In this document: positions 60,101 through 64,000 of the stretch, in pieces
Layout of the letters: the number at the start of each line of letters is the position of its first letter
How positions within the stretch are numbered: position 1 is the first letter of the stretch
Assembly: GCA_965112735.1 (NCBI GenBank)
Contig: OZ218953.1
Span: forward strand, 2,294,001-2,358,000
From: Phaeosaccion multiseriatum
Lineage: Eukaryota; Protista; Ochrophyta, other classes
DNA: 64,000 nt
Direction: 5' to 3'
Made by a program: the position numbers and the translations under genes
The notes under the pieces: model-generated
The model's input: the letters and a program-made list of their open reading frames with translations, nothing else
Told to the model about the DNA's origin: nothing
The model's database searches: none

Positions 60101-61014
60101 GGGGAAGGACGGACGAAAGCAAGCAAGGAAGATGGAAGGAAAGGGTTCTCGTTTCATTTCACTTCACTCAGTTCAGTTGCTCATCGGTCTATGAGAGCGG
60201 CGGTGGCGTGGGGGGTGCAGGCTCTTTCTACTTCGACTCTCACTGGATCCCCGACACTTACGTATCTTGGTTTCTGTCTGTCTTGGACTCTGATCTCTCA
60301 TTGTGCTCTACAGGTGAAGGAGGTGGAGGCATTAAAGGGCAACGAGGTGGCCTTAGAAGGGACCCAGAAGGAGCTCGAAGAGGCACGTCAGAAGGAGGAG
60401 AGTCTGCGGGAAGAGGTGGCGGAGGCGGAGCAGAGAGAGGAAGAGCTACGCGCCTCCATGGCAGAGCTTCAGACCCAGGCGGCGGGCATGGCATTGAGCG
60501 TGGAGGAGAAAGAGCAGCAGCTGAGTGAGGTGGCGGCGGAGCTGGAGAGGACGAAGGACCAGGTCAAGCAGATGGGTTCCGTCGGGGTGGAGCTGGTGTC
60601 CGCCCGGGAGGAAGTGGCGAGTGCTGGTGTGGAGATTAGCGCACTCAAGATGGAGAAGGCCAAGCTGATTGCCGAGCTGACGGAGGTAACGGCCATGCAA
60701 GAGAGGGCGGTGGAGACGCTGTGGGCCATTGAGCGCGACAAGGAGGAGAAGGACTACCTTGGTATCCAGCTCAAGCGTGAGAACACCATGCTACAAGAGC
60801 TCATGGCCAAAAACAGAAAGCGCTTCGAGAGGAGGAGGGCGGAGGTGGAGGCCAAGATGGAGGAGATGAAGGAGAACGAGGCCGCCATCGTGCAAAAGAC
60901 CACCGAGAGGGTCACTAAGCAGGTGCGCACAGAGAGAGAGAGTGTGTGTGTGTGTGGATGTGTGTGGAGAGGGTCACCATGCAGGTCGGCTAGATACAGA
61001 GTGAGAGTGAAAGA

Positions 61015-61068
<54 letters not shown>

Positions 61069-63257
61069 GCGTGCTCTCTGCTTGTCGTTGCTCTCGTTTC
61101 AGAACGAGCGAGATCACTCGTGCCCCGATGGAATGCCCATGGAATGCCCATGGAATGGGTTCCTCTAGTGCTCTTCCCCGCCTCCCCCCCCATCTTTCGC
61201 CGCAGGAAGCCAGGCAAAGAACCAGTCTGCCGGGTCCGACTCATCCATACCCACACAACCACACCGGCCCGTTCCCTCATGTCTTCACAGGTGAAGAGAG
61301 AGCTCGAGTCACAGGGTCAGCTGGCCGACGTGCAGCGTGACAGAGTCATGGAAACGACCGAGAAGCAGGCGCAGGGGTGGCTGTCAGAGCTCACCAAGGC
61401 CAGGCAGGAGTCTGAGGCCGCCAAGGACAGCAGCGGACAGCTCGAGAGGAGCCTTAAGGCAGAGAAGGCAAGGTTCTCGGCGCTGGAGGGGGCCCTAGCG
61501 CAGCTTGGAGTGGATCGGAGTGCACTTGCTGCGGTGACTGCGGGTGGGGCGGCGACGCCCGAGCGGGAGGCCCTGCAAAAGAAGTTCATCGCGGCCTTGG
61601 GCGCCGCCAATGCCAGTGCCACCACCGATGCTGCGGTAGCGGCTGCGACCAGTGCTGCCGCTGCTGCCAGTGAGCTGCAGCAGGAGCAACAGCGGCAGCA
61701 GCGGCTACAGGAGGATAAGGAGAGGGAGAAGGAGCAGCAAAGTCTGCAGCGGCAGCGGAAGGAGGAGAAGGAGCAGCAGCTACAGCTGCAGCGGCGGCAG
61801 GAGGAGAGGGAGAAGGAGATGGCCCGCACGGTGCAGGCGCTCAAGAAGGACCTCGACCGAGTCACGGGGGACCTCGAGGTGGAGCGACTCGAGAGGTCGG
61901 GCGGACAGCAGCAGATGAATGATGTGCAGGTGAGGAGGGGAGGGAGGGGGGAGGAGGAGGAGGAAGAGGAGGAGCTGTATGCCTGCCCATTTGCCTGTCG
62001 TCAATATTGCCTGTCTGCATGTCTGCCTGTCTACCCGTCTCTGCCTTGTTCGGGGTGGCTTTGGTGTGTGTATCCGTGGCGCGCACCTCCATGGCTTGTG
62101 CTTTGGGAGAATGTTGTGCTTTGGGATGCGAGTAGTACCGCTGGAGAACCAACGTGCATAGATCGATAGAACCCACGGGTGCTTTTTCCCTTTTCATCTC
62201 CTCTGTACAATGTACTTCTTCCGCCGGGTAACCCTCCTGCCTCTGCTTCCTGACCATTGTCGTGACTACTGATGCCGCTGTCGAGCAGAGCGATCTTGCG
62301 GAGACTCGTGGCCAGCTGGAGAAGGCCAAACAGATGCTCAAGAACGCGGGCGTCAACTTCGGCAACCAGCTCAGGGATATGGGCAGGTGAGGGAGTTGAG
62401 TGAGTGAGCATGGAAAAGAACGGGACGCCAAAGAAGCGAAGCAAGCGGTATCTCTTTTTCGTTTTCTTCGATCGGTCGTTTCGACCCCTTGCACCGCCAC
62501 CGCCCTCCCGTCCCGTCCCCTCCCCTCCCCCGACTCCGGCTCCATTCGCTCAATTGCTGCCCCTTGCTGACTTGCCCTCCACTGTCATCCCCCGCCGTCT
62601 GTGGGCAGGTCCAGGCACATGTTCGAGAAGCCCAGCAGTGACAAGCCCAGCACCGGCGGCTCAGAGGGCGCAGGGGCGACGAGCCCTCCGGCTGCGATGA
62701 CACCTCCGGCTGCTCCAAGGGAAGCGGCAAGGGTGGTCACCGCTCCTGCTGCGGCAAGGGTGGGCACCGCTACGGCTGCGGCTAAGGAGGGGGCAGGTGC
62801 GACTATGCGCCCGATGGTACCTCCGGCTGGTGCTACGGGGGGGGCAGGGGTGAGCAACCCTCCGGTTGCTGCTGCTGCAAGGGTGGTCACCTCTCCGGGT
62901 GTTGCTGCTGCAGGGGCTGTGCCGACTGCGGCTGCGGTTACGGAGGACGCAGGGGCGACCACCACCCCTCCAACTGATCGCTACGCACGCGCGTCCCACA
63001 ACCCCAAGAGGGAGAAGAAGAAGGCGCGGAAGGAGGACGAGGAGATGGGAAAGCTGGACATTAAGAGGGAGGCAAGGAAGGAGGCGGAAGAGGCCAGGGG
63101 GGGGCAGGTAGAAGAGGGAAAGAAGGAGACGGTAACGGCGGAGCAGGGGACCAAGGAGGTGAAGGCCCAAGTAGAAACGGTCAAGGCGGAGAAGCGGAGC
63201 TGGGGGAAGGGGCAAGTGAAGGGGACTAAGGAGGAGAAGGGGCAAGAAAAGAAATGA
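57121..63257 (+). CDS. Large coiled-coil protein with N-terminal signal/transit-like sequence and 14-aa tandem repeats, multi-exon
   Basis: MFTASIIASALATALG|LRP then a Ser/Arg-rich region; AAEEKEREIQAAKM-type repeats at 57931-58590; an internal duplication of roughly 180 aa at 58860-59850; further exons near 60314-60922, 61291-61930, 62289-62387 and 62610-63257. Confidence 0.75.
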
Positions 63258-63585
63258 GCGAGGCTGACCCCGATAGGAAGGAGCAAGGCCCTGAAGCTAA
63301 ATAGAAGCGGGGGCCAATGGAGGAGACTTGGGCGAAGCACCACTCTCCCTGTTGGCTTAGCTTAGCTCAACTTAGCTCAGCTCGATGAAAACAACGTCTG
63401 CAGTTGCATTGTCTCTCAGGCAGATTGGGGCCCTGAGGGGTTAGGGTAGGTTTAAGCATGGTTTACGGATGGGCATGATGGAATCACCGCCAACAGCCAA
63501 CGAAGGGGAAGTGGCATATACATGTGATGCGTGATCAAATTTTGGGTGCTTGAGTAGTTTAGTTCCCCCCAATTAAAAGGGTTTG

Positions 63586-63802
63586 TCGGCCCCTGACATG
63601 CTTCTGAGACAGGCCAGCCCAGAAGCAGGAAGTAGGCCGGCTGGCGCCGGCCAGAAGCAGGAAGCACCCTTGGCCCTCATCATTGCCTTATTATATGGCT
63701 TTCCCCCAGAACCTGGAACCTGCCTGGCCGGCTGGCGCCGGCCAAAAGCCAGCCGGCCAAAAGCAGGAAGCAGGGTCGCCTCAGAAGCATGTCAGGGGCC
63801 GA
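63586..63802. mobile_element. MITE C (217 bp) with 6-bp TSD (GGTTTG)
   Basis: Perfect 23-bp TIR TCGGCCCCTGACATGCTTCTGAG; GGTTTG at 63580-63585 and 63803-63808; internal AAGCAGG repeats and GCCGGCTGGCGCCGGC palindromes. Confidence 0.93.
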
Positions 63803-64000
63803 GGTTTGAGCTGCGTCGAGAGGATCTCGAGCGTGAAGGAAGTTAAGATGCAATTTCAGTTTCAAGTCTCGACTCTCCGGATACTGGGCAGTGTGGAGGG
63901 GAGAGGCAGGAGTGAGAAGAAAAGAGCGCACACACACACACACACACACAGTGGGAGGAGGGGAGGAAGGGGGCGAAGATCCACAGAGGCGGGTCAAAAG

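Noticed and set aside
63438-63452. GGGTTAGGGTAGG telomere-like stretch
   Set aside because: Only about two units; not significant.

Overview
Gene-dense, GC-rich eukaryotic nuclear DNA with spliceosomal introns packed with microsatellites ((CCCT)n, (CCT)n, (GT)n, (GA)n). Plastid-type bipartite presequences and the intron style suggest an ochrophyte alga, possibly a eustigmatophyte; this is inference. Genes assembled by eye from GT/GC-AG exons: the 3' part of a divergent myosin-like gene with a B-box, PH domain and seven tandem WH2-like helices; mitochondrial NAD(P) transhydrogenase; a coiled-coil/START protein; a plastid FAD amine-oxidase/desaturase-like protein; a peroxisomal carnitine acyltransferase; a tandem-Tudor/TTC23-like TPR protein; a Cys-type glutathione peroxidase; BRICK1 with a long Gly/Pro tail; a decayed hypothetical gene; a RanBP2-zinc-finger protein; a Cys-rich repeat gene fragment; and a large coiled-coil protein. 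The most unusual signals are: (1) three distinct non-autonomous DNA transposons sharing TCG...CGA termini, two with clear 6-bp TSDs, two of them nested in a composite carrying 1.6 kb of (CCCT)n; (2) an 11-mer, GTTGGTGATAC, repeated at least 8 times in introns and coding exons; (3) a TGACG-rich foldback MITE just upstream of the plastid oxidoreductase; (4) two unusual actin-regulator architectures. Most ORFs in the supplied track are microsatellite artefacts. Exon coordinates were read manually and may be off by a few bases.
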